The notes under the pieces are model-generated. The model was not told where the DNA came from. It did not search any database and saw only the letters and a program-made list of their open reading frames with translations. DNA of 64,000 nucleotides, taken from Bdellovibrionales bacterium. Lineage in GTDB: Bacteria > Bdellovibrionota > Bdellovibrionia > Bdellovibrionales > JAGQZY01. The stretch's first letter is position 1. Each line of letters opens with the position of its first letter. Shown in pieces: positions 1 to 10,684 of the stretch. The translations under genes and the position numbers were made by a program. The stretch lies in contig CAXRHT010000001.1 in NCBI GenBank assembly GCA_964230645.1, positions 160,001-224,000 on the forward strand, in the 5' to 3' direction.

Positions 1-992
1 ATGGGCCCATAGATTCTTTTGGCGTTTTGGCTGATCAGATCCAATAGTAAAACAGAGGCAAAAAAACCGAGAATAATAATACCTAAAAAGAAGAGCGCAC
101 AGTAATAGGTGCCGTAATCTGTATATGTTAGCCAGCGTGGAAGGATTGAGAAAATCCAAGAAGCACCAAAGGGAAGATCACTCACTTGATGAATCAACGG
201 CAGAGCCATGACACCGATAATAAGAGCAAGAAAAAGAGCACTTATTATTAAATTGATAAAAAAGGATATACTATCAAGTTTTGACTCCTCGGTTTTCAGA
301 TGACTGTAAAGCCCCACACCGACAAACAAACAAGCCAGCCCGTGCCCAATGGCATCCAAAAGGGAACGAGCGGTCAGCGAGGCGAAATCCGGATAGAGAA
401 GAACTTTTAGAGCCTCGAAGTTTTGAAGACTAAATATAATTTTCAAAAAGAGGAAGAGTAAAATTAAAAAACAGCCTGGTAGAATCCAGCGTGTGAACCA
501 GGTAAAAAAGAATCTTTTTCGGAAAACAAACGTGACATAAACAAGCGCTGACCAAACAAGCCCACCCACTATACCAATATCCAATTGAGGCATTTGCGGC
601 AGATCGCTGGCCTGGCTGGAGAGATTGAGCCAATACTTTAAGAGATAAAAGAAATACAGGCAGGCCGTTCCACTTAAATAAAGAAAAAACCATAGGAAAC
701 TAAGGAGTATAGCGAGTCTTAACCCGTACCACACAAAAGTTAAGGAAATACTCCATATCGAGCGCTGCCCGCCTTTTTTGATTCGAATTAAGCTTTTAAG
801 ATCAATGGACTCTAATTTTTTATCAAGAATCCTTTCGGTGATAAGAAGGGGAAAGAGGGCGCCATTCAACACAATAAGAAATATAAGGAGAAAAGCGCCT
901 CCCCCATTTTCTAAAATAAGATGGGGAAAACGCAGAAGGTGAAAAAGCGTGAGCGTAGTAAAAATTGTCATTAAAAAATGACGAGGAGCCAT
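1..992 (-). CDS. Divergent NSS/SNF-family (sodium:neurotransmitter symporter-like) membrane protein, 3' end outside window
   Basis: Manual translation from ATG 992 is open to position 1: MAPRHFLMTIFTTLTLFHLLRFPHLILENGGGAFLLIFLIVLNGALFPLLITE..., matching the NSS RFP..NGGGAF..P..E pattern; many hydrophobic helices. Absent from the ORF track because truncated. Confidence 0.7.
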   Translation of the reverse strand, partial: MAPRHFLMTIFTTLTLFHLLRFPHLILENGGGAFLLIFLIVLNGALFPLLITERILDKKLESIDLKSLIRIKKGGQRSIWSISLTFVWYGLRLAILLSFLWFFLYLSGTACLYFFYLLKYWLNLSSQASDLPQMPQLDIGIVGGLVWSALVYVTFVFRKRFFFTWFTRWILPGCFLILLFLFLKIIFSLQNFEALKVLLYPDFASLTARSLLDAIGHGLACLFVGVGLYSHLKTEESKLDSISFFINLIISALFLALIIGVMALPLIHQVSDLPFGASWIFSILPRWLTYTDYGTYYCALFFLGIIILGFFASVLLLDLISQNAKRIYGP

Positions 993-998
993 GCTCTT

Positions 999-2315
999 TT
1001 AACCTCGGCTTTTCATTACAAAAATTCGGATGGGAATTCCTTCCAATCCAAAACGGGTTTTTATCCTTTTTGTTAAAAAGCGTCGATAAGCATTGTCTAC
1101 TCCATCGGGATGATTGGCAAAAGCGATAAAGCTTGGAGGCTTCTGACGAGTCTGAGTGAGATAGTAAAACTTCACATTTCTAAGCCCGTAGACTGGAGCC
1201 GGCGCCTGGCGAATGACGTTCATAAAGAATTCATTGAGTTCATTGGTGCTGATCCGTTTTTCAAGTTTTTCTCGCACCTCTTCGATTTTACTAAAAAGGT
1301 CTTTTAAACCCTTGCCGGTTTTTGCACTGATAAAAACGATAGGAATATCGATATAGAAATGAAACTGATCAGAAAGTTTTTCCCTGGTAGTTTTACGAAA
1401 CTCAGGAATATCAGCCTCACCTAAATCAAGCTTATTCACCACAAGCACGACGGCTTTGTGAGATTCCACAATCTCTTGCAGAATTTTTGCATCCTGCTCA
1501 CTGGGACCCTGTACACCATCGATCATCAAAAGTACGAGTTCTGACTTTTTAATAGACTGACTGGTTTTAATGGCGGAAATGGCCTCGACGGCCTCTGTTC
1601 TTTTTGCCGATCGACGCAAACCCGCCGTATCAATCAAGCGATAATCTTTTTCATTGTACTGAAACTCGAAATCCACGGAATCAACAGTCGTGCCAGCTAT
1701 TGTGGAGACCAACATTTTTTTGGCTCCTAGAAGTTGATTGGTGAGCGAGCTTTTACCAACATTGGGTTTTCCGACGATAGAAAAGACAAAACCTTTCTTT
1801 TCCTCCGCTTCGGTATCTTTTAATTTATCACTGATCCATTCAAGAAGCTGATCCACCCCGTAGCGACTCTCCACCGAACACGTTACAAGGGGAATCCCAA
1901 ATTCGTAAAATTCAGCCCCTGCCACATCAAGCTCTCGCGATTTGTCCACTTTATTGACCACAATGAGCATTTCTTTGCCAGACTCCTTAGCAATACGGAC
2001 CATTTCTCTATCTTCAGGACAAAGACCACTTTTGTAATCCATGACCACAAGGAGATAGTCGACTGACTTTAGAAAATCGAGAACATGCTCTCTAATGTGA
2101 GCAGAAATCTCATCTTTGGCTTCGGTTATTCCGCCTGTATCCACCAACTCAAAAGTCTTTCCCCAAAGTTCTGCATCTTCAACGATCAGATCTCTAGTCA
2201 CTCCCGGCTGATTTTTTACAAGAGACCGGCGGGATTCTACCAGATAATTAAAAAGAGTGGACTTACCGACATTGGGGCGTCCAACGATCGCAAAAACAGG
2301 CTTATCGTTTGTCAT
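999..2315 (-). CDS. der: Ribosome biogenesis GTPase Der (EngA)
   Basis: Two tandem GTPase domains (GRPNVGKS/DTGG/NKVD and GKPNVGKS/DTAG/NKLD) and a KH-like C-terminus. Confidence 0.97.
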   Translation of the reverse strand: MTNDKPVFAIVGRPNVGKSTLFNYLVESRRSLVKNQPGVTRDLIVEDAELWGKTFELVDTGGITEAKDEISAHIREHVLDFLKSVDYLLVVMDYKSGLCPEDREMVRIAKESGKEMLIVVNKVDKSRELDVAGAEFYEFGIPLVTCSVESRYGVDQLLEWISDKLKDTEAEEKKGFVFSIVGKPNVGKSSLTNQLLGAKKMLVSTIAGTTVDSVDFEFQYNEKDYRLIDTAGLRRSAKRTEAVEAISAIKTSQSIKKSELVLLMIDGVQGPSEQDAKILQEIVESHKAVVLVVNKLDLGEADIPEFRKTTREKLSDQFHFYIDIPIVFISAKTGKGLKDLFSKIEEVREKLEKRISTNELNEFFMNVIRQAPAPVYGLRNVKFYYLTQTRQKPPSFIAFANHPDGVDNAYRRFLTKRIKTRFGLEGIPIRIFVMKSRG

Positions 2316-3189
2316 GCTTATACCCCACTTCAGTCATTATACTTTTTTTCTTCATCCAGTTTTTCTTAAAGGCCACATGAAGTCCAAGGAATATCTTTTC
2401 CCCCAAAAGGGATTCGATATTTTTTCGGGCTTCTTGGCCGATCTTTTTTAATTGCGAGCCCTTTTTACCAATAACAATGGCCTTGTGATTTTCTTTTTCA
2501 ATCAGAATATTGGCTTCAATATGAAGCAGATTCTTTTGCCTTTTGTAGGACTTAATCACCACGCCCACTCCAAAAGGGACTTCCTTTTCAAGCTGCAAAA
2601 AACATTGCTCTCTAATAAATTCAGCGACGATTTCTCGGGTGTTATCTAAAGAAATCATATCGGGGTCATAAAGAGGGTGATGCTCTTTTTTAAGAGTTTG
2701 CGCAAGAGTTTTCAGGTACTCGTTTAATACACTTTTGGGATCGTTCTTTAAACTGATGTCAGCTTGGATCGCCTCACCTACCTCTTCTTTAAGCTTTCCC
2801 ACAAAATCGGTCTCTTTAAGGTCTGATTTGGTGAAAAGGTAGCTCTTTGGCTTATTGATATTTTGAACCTTGTCCCAAAACTTGGTGAAGGCTGGTGTTT
2901 CCTTTTGCTCGTGACTCACCAACACCAATAAGTGCTCTGCCCTTTCCACTACATTTTCAAATTCCTTATTGAGAAATTCAAACAAGCCAGGCTTTGACTC
3001 CACAAATCCCGGGGCGTCCAAGAGAATCAATTGATAGTCTTCCTCAGTGATCACCCCAGAAAAGCTCTGCCTTGTCGTTTGGGGTTTACTGGAGACAATC
3101 ACCAATTTTTCACCTAAGATTTCATTGAGAAGAGAGCTCTTCCCCGCATTGGGAAGCCCCAAAATTCCTACAAATCCACAATGTATCAT
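2302..3189 (-). CDS. era: GTPase Era
   Basis: GLPNAGKS, PQTTR, DAPG, KH domain VIGKKG..LKKIG..AR; follows rnc. Confidence 0.95.
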   Translation of the reverse strand: MIHCGFVGILGLPNAGKSSLLNEILGEKLVIVSSKPQTTRQSFSGVITEEDYQLILLDAPGFVESKPGLFEFLNKEFENVVERAEHLLVLVSHEQKETPAFTKFWDKVQNINKPKSYLFTKSDLKETDFVGKLKEEVGEAIQADISLKNDPKSVLNEYLKTLAQTLKKEHHPLYDPDMISLDNTREIVAEFIREQCFLQLEKEVPFGVGVVIKSYKRQKNLLHIEANILIEKENHKAIVIGKKGSQLKKIGQEARKNIESLLGEKIFLGLHVAFKKNWMKKKSIMTEVGYKHDKR

Positions 3190-3875
3190 TTCTCAATCCT
3201 CTCAAGGGCCTGTTTGGCGGCTTTTTGAGCAGCCATTTTTTTTGAGGTTCCCTCAGCGGTCCCCCAACTTTCATCACCCACAAAAACTTCCATCACAAAA
3301 ACCCGAGCGTGATCCGGTCCCGATTGACCAATCACTCGGTAGTTGGGAGTTTTCTTATGTTTTTCTTGGACCCACTCTTGAAACCGGGTTTTGTAGTCCT
3401 TTTCAAAATCATGTTCATCAAAAGCTTGCAAAAGGAGTTCTTGGAACTGATCTTTTATCCAGCTAAATGCCTTTTCATAGCCACTGTCTTTATAGATCGC
3501 ACCAACAACAGCTTCAAACACCGAGGCTACAATACGGGGATTTTCCCGTAAATTATTGTTGGATTCCCTTTCCCCAATGAGCAAATACTTCTGCATGGAA
3601 GCTCCTGTGGCGAGCCGGTAAAGACTCTCTTCATTCACCACACTGGCTCTTTTACGAGAGAGACTTCCCTCTTGATCGGCTTGAAACTGTTCCATTAAAA
3701 GGTCACTGACCACAAGATCTAAAACCGCATCGCCTAGAAATTCGAGAAGCTCATTGTGTTTCCACTCCGGGTTCTCTTTATGAAAACTTTTATGGCAAAA
3801 GGCTTGTTGGAGCCACTGGGAGTCGATGGCTTTATAGCCAATGGACTCCTCTATTTTTTCAAGTTCAAAGTTCAT
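3186..3875 (-). CDS. rnc: Ribonuclease III
   Basis: NELLEFLGDAVL signature and C-terminal dsRBD (DYKT..QE, GPDH, SKK.A.Q.AA). Confidence 0.95.
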   Translation of the reverse strand: MNFELEKIEESIGYKAIDSQWLQQAFCHKSFHKENPEWKHNELLEFLGDAVLDLVVSDLLMEQFQADQEGSLSRKRASVVNEESLYRLATGASMQKYLLIGERESNNNLRENPRIVASVFEAVVGAIYKDSGYEKAFSWIKDQFQELLLQAFDEHDFEKDYKTRFQEWVQEKHKKTPNYRVIGQSGPDHARVFVMEVFVGDESWGTAEGTSKKMAAQKAAKQALERIEK

Positions 3876-5206
3876 AGGACCACTCCTGTAAGAAAACCTT
3901 TCGTGCGCCCCATTTGAACTCGCTCATAACCACTAATTTTGACTTCTTGGATTTGGCCTTGTTTTAAATCTCCACGATTTTCTAAGAACACATCCCAGTA
4001 GTCTTGACTAACACTGCGTACGAATTGGTCTTTCGGTTTTAATAACAACACTTTTTTAACTTCACCCACTTGCTCGGAAGCTCTTGTGTCAAAGCGCTCA
4101 TCACTCAGCGCCCTTAAAAATTTCGCACGCTCCTTGCGCACTTCCCATGGAACCACTTCCGTCATTTGATCCGCTCTCGTCCCTTTGCGCTCACTGTAAG
4201 GGAACACATGAATTTTGGTCCATGGCCAACGCTTAAGATTTTCAAAGGTCTCTTGAAAAAGCTCTTCAGTCTCCCCAGGAAAACCGGTAATGACATCTAG
4301 ACCCACGAAAGCTTTTGGAAACTCCCTAGCAATCCATAAAAGAGACTCTCCAACTTGCTCGGCCGAATAATTACGCCTCATGCCTTTTAGAACGGGGGTT
4401 GATAGAGACTGCAAACTCATATGAAAATGAGAGCAGAGTCTTGGATTTTTAAAAAGACGCATCAGCTTTTCGGTGAGCTCAATGGGTTCAAGGCTTGTCA
4501 GACGAATGCGTGGAATTTCTGTGGAATTAAGTACTTGCTCAACCAAATCATCAAGAGCGTAGGGGCCACCAAAGGTTTCCTCATCCAAATAATCGCCGAT
4601 ATGCACACCTGTCAGAACCACCTCGTTCACACCTTGGGCTTTGAGCTCCTTAATGCGACGAAGAAGAATGGGAACAGGCAGGGAGCGACTCTTGCCTCTA
4701 GCAAAAGGAATCACACAGAAACTACAAAAGGAATTGCAACCGTCCTGAATTTTTAAATAAGATCGGGTGTGATCGGCTTCCTCACCTCCACCCACACCAA
4801 GAGCTTCGTTACGGAAAATATTGGAGCGATGGACCTTTTTTTCTTCCTCACCTCTTAAGTACTGCTCAATGATTGTTCCTAGTTGCGCTTTATGAGAATT
4901 GGCAACGATAAGATCAATCGAGTCCACATCATCAAGCATTTCACCATCGACTTGCGCAGCACATCCCGTGAGAATCACTTTGGCCTCAGGGTTTTTACGT
5001 TTGATTCTGCGCGACTCACGGATCACTTCTTTGGTGGCTTCTGCCGTCACCGCACAGGAATTTAAAATATGAAGAGGGGCTTCACCTTTAGAGTCATACT
5101 CAAAACGGCCCTCAGCAAGACGCTTTTGCACTAGCCCTGTGTCGTAAGTATTAACCTTACAGCCATAGGTTTTGATCTGAAAAGGGGTTTTACTCACCGG
5201 ATCCAT
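3872..5206 (-). CDS. mtaB: tRNA t6A37 methylthiotransferase MtaB (radical SAM)
   Basis: [51 protein letters not shown]. Confidence 0.92.
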   Translation of the reverse strand: MDPVSKTPFQIKTYGCKVNTYDTGLVQKRLAEGRFEYDSKGEAPLHILNSCAVTAEATKEVIRESRRIKRKNPEAKVILTGCAAQVDGEMLDDVDSIDLIVANSHKAQLGTIIEQYLRGEEEKKVHRSNIFRNEALGVGGGEEADHTRSYLKIQDGCNSFCSFCVIPFARGKSRSLPVPILLRRIKELKAQGVNEVVLTGVHIGDYLDEETFGGPYALDDLVEQVLNSTEIPRIRLTSLEPIELTEKLMRLFKNPRLCSHFHMSLQSLSTPVLKGMRRNYSAEQVGESLLWIAREFPKAFVGLDVITGFPGETEELFQETFENLKRWPWTKIHVFPYSERKGTRADQMTEVVPWEVRKERAKFLRALSDERFDTRASEQVGEVKKVLLLKPKDQFVRSVSQDYWDVFLENRGDLKQGQIQEVKISGYERVQMGRTKGFLTGVVL

Positions 5207-6267
5207 CCTCCACCGATGAGTCTTTTGCCTTGATAAAAAACGGCCGCCTGCCCAGGAGTTATGGCCCTTTGCTTTTCAACAAAACTCACCTCACAACTGC
5301 CATCATCTTTGCGCAAGAGCTTAGCCGGAGCCCCTTTGTGAGAGTAACGGATTTTAACCTGATAGTTATCCTCTTGCGGAGTCTCTAACCAATGACAATT
5401 ATCAATGGTCATACTTTGAGAATAAAGATCTTTTTCTTCGCCCACCCATACTTCGTGGGTGTCTGGGTCGACTTTCAGAACATAGAGCGGACACTCGGCA
5501 GAAATACCCAAACCTTTTCGCTGACCATAGGTAAAGTGATGAATACCATTATGCTCTCTTAAAACCTCTCCACTGGGATAGCGTTTCATGAGTCCCTTTT
5601 TTTGAGGAACTTGCGAGTAATGGGTATCAATAAACTCACCGTAGCCCGCCTGATCCACAAAACATATGCCAACGGAGTCTTTCTTCTTTGCTACCACCAA
5701 ACCTTTTTCCTCAGCATAACGGCGAACGTCTTTTTTGTTCATGTCGCCAACTGGGAAAAGAAGTTTTGGAATCAGCTCGGGATCAATTGTAAATAGAAAA
5801 TAGGTTTGATCTTTCCAGTCGTCCTCGCTGGTCACAATTCCCCACTGATCTTTTTCGTTTTTTTCTAAGGTCGCATAATGACCGGTGGCCAAATAATCAC
5901 AAGAAAGCTCTTTCATTTTTTTTATTAAGTGATCAAACTTCAAGTAAGTGTTGCAGTTTACACAAGGTAGAGGTGTTTTTCCCGCCATATAGGAAGACAC
6001 AAAAGGATCTATCACTTTTTCACGAAATTCATCTTCACAGTTAAGAACATAAAAAGGAATACCTAAACGATCGGCGACATCTCGGGCATCATCCACATCT
6101 TCACTGGAACAACAGGTGCCCGTGCCCTCTTCGATATCACACTGAGAGTAGTCCCAAACTTGCATCGTCACACCAATGACTTCGTAACCTTGATCGACTA
6201 GGAGACTGGCTGCAACGGAGGAATCCACTCCCCCACTCATGGCCACTAGAACTCGTCCCTTAGACAT
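5194..6267 (-). CDS. mnmA: tRNA 2-thiouridylase MnmA
   Basis: [45 protein letters not shown]. Confidence 0.97.
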   Translation of the reverse strand: MSKGRVLVAMSGGVDSSVAASLLVDQGYEVIGVTMQVWDYSQCDIEEGTGTCCSSEDVDDARDVADRLGIPFYVLNCEDEFREKVIDPFVSSYMAGKTPLPCVNCNTYLKFDHLIKKMKELSCDYLATGHYATLEKNEKDQWGIVTSEDDWKDQTYFLFTIDPELIPKLLFPVGDMNKKDVRRYAEEKGLVVAKKKDSVGICFVDQAGYGEFIDTHYSQVPQKKGLMKRYPSGEVLREHNGIHHFTYGQRKGLGISAECPLYVLKVDPDTHEVWVGEEKDLYSQSMTIDNCHWLETPQEDNYQVKIRYSHKGAPAKLLRKDDGSCEVSFVEKQRAITPGQAAVFYQGKRLIGGGWIR

Positions 6268-7438
6268 GAATAACCTCCCCGGTTTCGGGGTCCAAACTGC
6301 GCAAATGTTTTACAACTTCAACCATAGCGTTTCCAAAATCTCTCACTTGTTCGGAGGTCGTCATTCGTCCCAAGCTCACCCTCACCGAGGATTGGGCTTG
6401 GTCTCTGGATAGACCGAGTGCCAAAAGCACGGGGCTTGGCTCGGGGTTCCCCGAACTGCAGGCCGCCCCTGTTCCAATTGAAAATCCACGTATATCCAGA
6501 TTCATTAAAAGGCTCTCGGCATTGAGTCCGTCCACCATAAAACAGGATGTGTTACAGAGGCGCTCTGTGGATTTCCCAAGGACTCTAACTCCCTCAATAT
6601 TCTCACACAAAAAGTTTTCAAGGTTATCTCTTAAGGGCCTGATGGAGTCAACAAAGCCCTTGGGATCAAGGAGCTGGCTCACATAGGAAAAACTGGCGAT
6701 CGCTAGGAGGTTTTCGGTCCCAGCTCTTCTTCTTCGCTCTTGAGAACCTCCGAAAATAAGAGGAGAAAGAGGTGTCCCCTTTTTTATATAAAGAAGCCCT
6801 GAACCTTTCAGGGAATAAATTTTATGGGCTGAGAAACTGGCAAGGTCCACGTTTAAATCTTTCAGGTAGAAGGGAAACTTTCCCAAAGCTTGCACACAGT
6901 CACTATGAAAGAGGGCACCCTTTTTATGAGCCAGAGCCACCATTTCCTTAATGGGTGCAATCACTCCTAATTCATTGTTAGCCAACATCACAGAAACCAA
7001 GGCCACGTCCTCATCCAACTGAGATTCAAAAGTCTCAAGGCTATAGGCGCCGTCAGTATCTACAGCGATGGTTTCAACACGAAATCCAAGTTCTTCAATG
7101 GCTTCTTTCTGCTTGAGAACGCTGGGGTGTTCGATCGAGCCTAATAAAACTCTTTTTTTCTCAACGCCTTTTCTCTTTAGCTCTTTTAGAACGCCTTGCA
7201 AAGCCAGGTTGTTGGACTCACTTCCCCCACTGGTAAAAATAAGCTCAAGTGGGTGCACACCTAGAAGACTGGAAATATTTCGGCGCGCTTCCCTGAGAAT
7301 CCGCTTAGGACCCCGACCATGCTGGTGAATCGAGCTGGGGTTTCCCCAAAGGTCGAGCCAGGAGCCGATGGACTCTTTGAGCCTGTGATCTAAGGGGGTT
7401 GTGGCGTTGTAATCCAAGTAAATATTGCTTTGTGTCAT
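6260..7438 (-). CDS. iscS: Cysteine desulfurase (IscS/NifS family)
   Basis: [28 protein letters not shown] (PLP lysine), TGAACSSG; upstream of mnmA. Confidence 0.9.
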   Translation of the reverse strand: MTQSNIYLDYNATTPLDHRLKESIGSWLDLWGNPSSIHQHGRGPKRILREARRNISSLLGVHPLELIFTSGGSESNNLALQGVLKELKRKGVEKKRVLLGSIEHPSVLKQKEAIEELGFRVETIAVDTDGAYSLETFESQLDEDVALVSVMLANNELGVIAPIKEMVALAHKKGALFHSDCVQALGKFPFYLKDLNVDLASFSAHKIYSLKGSGLLYIKKGTPLSPLIFGGSQERRRRAGTENLLAIASFSYVSQLLDPKGFVDSIRPLRDNLENFLCENIEGVRVLGKSTERLCNTSCFMVDGLNAESLLMNLDIRGFSIGTGAACSSGNPEPSPVLLALGLSRDQAQSSVRVSLGRMTTSEQVRDFGNAMVEVVKHLRSLDPETGEVIHV

Positions 7439-7520
7439 CCGCGGTAACCTATCACCCCTCCCTCTGAGAGGTCAATATATAGTCGAAGGTCTAGTTCCGG
7501 GCCGAAAGGGGCCAATGCCC

Positions 7521-7547
7521 TTAATCCTGCTGAGGATTTTCCGATAA
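7521..7547 (+). promoter_or_regulatory. Putative sigma28 (FliA)-type promoter
   Basis: TTAA-N15-TCCGATAA, ending 7 nt before ATG 7555. Confidence 0.5.
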
Positions 7548-7554
7548 GCCATTG

Positions 7555-9585
7555 ATGGCAAAGAAGAAAACACCCTGGGTAAAAGCTCTGGGGCTCACAT
7601 CAGCAGATTTTAAGCAGCGCCCCCAGGGCCACGACCCACTTGTTTGGGGGCTTAAAAATAAAGTGATCAACCAAGACGAGTACTTGGCTTGGGCCACCGA
7701 CTATTATCAGCTACCTGCCATCAAACCAGAATTTTTCAGCATGGCTGTGGACTTTACTTTGATTCAAAAACACAGCCATATCCACGATTGGAACGCTCAC
7801 TGCTACCCCATCTACACCTGGCAAGACACTCTTTTTGTGGCCTGTCTGGAACCGACTGAAATAAATACACAGGAAAAGCTTTGTTTTGTAGTAGCCCCCT
7901 TTTTCCCTATGGAAAATGCCTGGGATAAATTTCAAAACTCAAAAGACAGTCAGCAAACAGAAACTGAAGTTCATCAAACGTCTACAGCTTCTGAACAAAA
8001 CGTGGCTCAAAGAAGTCAAGCCGCCACATTGGAAGAGCCTGTCTCACCGGAAACACCGCCTGTTCCTGAACTGCAAGAAAACGGGCCTCAGGTTTCAAAC
8101 GAAGTCCCAAAAGTAGATGTTGTGCAAGAAGCTTCCGCACAAGAAAAATCCTCAGAAGCCCCCTTGGATCTCCCGGATTTAAACTTTGATTCCCTTGGAG
8201 ATGATTCTCAACAGGAAACTCAAAAGGTAGAAACGAACGACCAAGAGACCTCTTCGGAAGAAGAAAGTCAAAAGGAAGAAGACAACTCTTTTGATTCCCT
8301 CGATTTTTCAGCAATGGGAGCTGACACTCCGGCTGAAGCTTCAGAGGCGCCTCAAAAGAAAGAAACAAAAGTTGAAACTGCGGCTGAAATCACTCAAACC
8401 AAAATTGATGAACATGACTTAAATAACTTTACCACCGCTACGGAAACAATCCACGCCCCTCGCGAAACAGTCGTCGCTAGCGGTGAAAACACGGAACATA
8501 AAGAATTGGATTTTGATAATCTAAGTACAGGTGGAATAAGTCTTGAGGGTGATCCCGAAAAATCAGAGATCACTAAGACGAAACTTGGAGAGTCGTCAGA
8601 CAATGAAACGGCTAAAAAGAAAAGTGTGCCCCCTCCTCCTCCCGTCATGAAGGAAGATAACAGTAAAGAAGAACAAGCAAAAAGTGCCGCGCCCGTCCCT
8701 CCACCGCCGCCACAGCCAGCCCAAGAAAATCCGTCCTCAAAAGAGGAGGCCATTCCCGATTTGAGTGACCTTATGGCTCATCAAACCGAGAATCCTAAAA
8801 GAGCACCTGGTATGGAGCACACACATACGGAATTAAAAATTCCAAAACATAACAATGAGGAGCCTGTGATTTTAAAAGGAGAGCAGGCCCCACAACCACC
8901 AGTCGCTCCTTTGATTGAAGAGGAAGAGTACGACGATGACTACACTCCCATACCGGAGGTTTCGGAAGGGCAAAAAGAAGCTCATGCCGACAAAGAAAGT
9001 CTAGAGCTCAATGAAGTCACTCAAACGAATCTTACAGAAAACACAATCACCTACTCTGATCAGCCTGTGCACACTCCACCGGAAGCGCTTATTTCTGATA
9101 AAGAACTCACCGGGGCCGACAAGCTTGAAAACTGCAAGAGTCTTAAAGAAGTGATGGCCCACCTTTTCAGTCATCTCACTCGGGATTACAAAAAACTTCT
9201 CTACGTTGGCCGTGAGGATGGCAAACTCTTTTATCCTAAATTTGTATACGGCCCATGGAAGATGACTTCCATGGCGTGGAAAATGCACATCAATTTGAGT
9301 AATCCAAATATTTTTCGTATCGCTCATAAATCAGGCCACCCTTTTCATGGGAAAATTTCGGACAATCCATTCAACGATAAATATTTCGAGTGGTGGTCTA
9401 AAGGTAAAAAACCTGATTTCGCTACGATCTATCCTGTGGTCGTAGAGGAAGAGATCATTGGCTTTATCACCTGCTTTGGCAAAGGTCCTGAATTCGATGA
9501 GCTTGGAAGTCTCAAGAAAATCGAGAATCTTGTCTCGATATGCAGGAAAAGTTTTGTAAAATCCAGTAAAGCTAAGGCCGCCTAA
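7555..9585 (+). CDS. Hypothetical protein: folded N-domain, long acidic/Pro-rich linker, GAF-like C-domain
   Basis: 676-aa ORF; central region rich in E/D/S/P with PPPPP runs; globular-looking termini. Confidence 0.75.
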   Translation: MAKKKTPWVKALGLTSADFKQRPQGHDPLVWGLKNKVINQDEYLAWATDYYQLPAIKPEFFSMAVDFTLIQKHSHIHDWNAHCYPIYTWQDTLFVACLEPTEINTQEKLCFVVAPFFPMENAWDKFQNSKDSQQTETEVHQTSTASEQNVAQRSQAATLEEPVSPETPPVPELQENGPQVSNEVPKVDVVQEASAQEKSSEAPLDLPDLNFDSLGDDSQQETQKVETNDQETSSEEESQKEEDNSFDSLDFSAMGADTPAEASEAPQKKETKVETAAEITQTKIDEHDLNNFTTATETIHAPRETVVASGENTEHKELDFDNLSTGGISLEGDPEKSEITKTKLGESSDNETAKKKSVPPPPPVMKEDNSKEEQAKSAAPVPPPPPQPAQENPSSKEEAIPDLSDLMAHQTENPKRAPGMEHTHTELKIPKHNNEEPVILKGEQAPQPPVAPLIEEEEYDDDYTPIPEVSEGQKEAHADKESLELNEVTQTNLTENTITYSDQPVHTPPEALISDKELTGADKLENCKSLKEVMAHLFSHLTRDYKKLLYVGREDGKLFYPKFVYGPWKMTSMAWKMHINLSNPNIFRIAHKSGHPFHGKISDNPFNDKYFEWWSKGKKPDFATIYPVVVEEEIIGFITCFGKGPEFDELGSLKKIENLVSICRKSFVKSSKAKAA

Positions 9586-9739
9586 ACCTCACCTGTGGCC
9601 TTCTGCTGCCCTATTTGCAAAGATCAACGCAACTTCACACCTAATTGTGTAAATTTCTAATCAATCTATGAATACAGATTTCGAGAAAGCCAGGGCTTTT
9701 CATGAGACCTTTAAAGGACTTAAAGGAGGATTATTCAAG

Positions 9740-10684
9740 ATGGAAAAGGTGTCTCATCTTCCCGGGCGCGAAAACAAAGAGCGCCTAGTGGGTATTGAAA
9801 TAGAATTTATTGGTGTTCCCTTAGACAAAGCCACAGATCTGGTGGCCGAGGTTTTTGGCGGACAAGTGGAAAAGAAAGATGAATACATCTACCATGTTAC
9901 ACATTCGGAATTCGGTGAATTTCGTGTTGAGTGTGACTCTTCCTTTGTTAAATCAAGAAAGTTTAATCAATGGCTTTCCAAATTGGGAATTGACCTTGAG
10001 CCAGAGGATGTTCAGAAAATGGATGAGAAAATTGCTCAAGGAGCCAACGTCCTCATTCCCTTTGAAATTATCACACCTCCGCTGCCTCTTTCACAAATTG
10101 ACCGTTTTGATGAATTGATCGAAAAATTAAAAGAAGCAAAGAGAAACCTAGATAGGATCCCTTTTTCTCTCGCCCCTTGCGGTCTTCACATTAATGTTGA
10201 GGCCCCAAGCCTTGAAGTTAAAGACCTTCAAAGTATTGTCGCCTCTTTTAGCCAGAGTTATGACAATCTTGTCGAAGAAATTGATGTTGATAAAAAAAGG
10301 CAAATTGCTCCTTACATAGCGCCCTATCCTCGTGAGTATCGCCGACTCTTGATGAATCCTAGTTATGAGCCCGATATAAAAACTTTTTTTGAAGATTATC
10401 TAAAATTCAATCCCACCCGAAATCGGGCCTTGGATTTGACAACAATCATCGGTCACATGAATTGGGAGCTCTTAGAAAAATACGAAGACAAAGGAGTGGA
10501 GCTAGAGCTTATAAAACCGAGGCCGGCCTTTCACTATCGTCTTCCTAATTGTCACCTCGATGATGAGGACTGGAATTTCAAAACAGAATGGCAACGTTGG
10601 GTGAAGGTGGAAAACAAAGCCGAAACCCTGAAAACGAACTCAAACTCGAAATCCCAATCATCTCAACCTGAGGCTGTAATATAA
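9740..10684 (+). CDS. Amidoligase (COOH-NH2 ligase, Amidoligase_2-like) family protein
   Basis: VGIEIEF, EIITPPL, CGLHIN, NPTRNRALD, RPAFHYRLPNC; AGGAGG before ATG 9740 (ORF track starts at 9668). Confidence 0.8.
   Translation: MEKVSHLPGRENKERLVGIEIEFIGVPLDKATDLVAEVFGGQVEKKDEYIYHVTHSEFGEFRVECDSSFVKSRKFNQWLSKLGIDLEPEDVQKMDEKIAQGANVLIPFEIITPPLPLSQIDRFDELIEKLKEAKRNLDRIPFSLAPCGLHINVEAPSLEVKDLQSIVASFSQSYDNLVEEIDVDKKRQIAPYIAPYPREYRRLLMNPSYEPDIKTFFEDYLKFNPTRNRALDLTTIIGHMNWELLEKYEDKGVELELIKPRPAFHYRLPNCHLDDEDWNFKTEWQRWVKVENKAETLKTNSNSKSQSSQPEAVI

Noticed and set aside
430..693. 87-aa minus-strand ORF from the track
   Set aside because: It is an alternative frame inside the longer NSS-like gene (992 to <1).
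7711..9327. Several antisense or alternative-frame ORFs within the low-complexity gene
   Set aside because: Shadows of biased codon content, with no SD or recognisable motifs.
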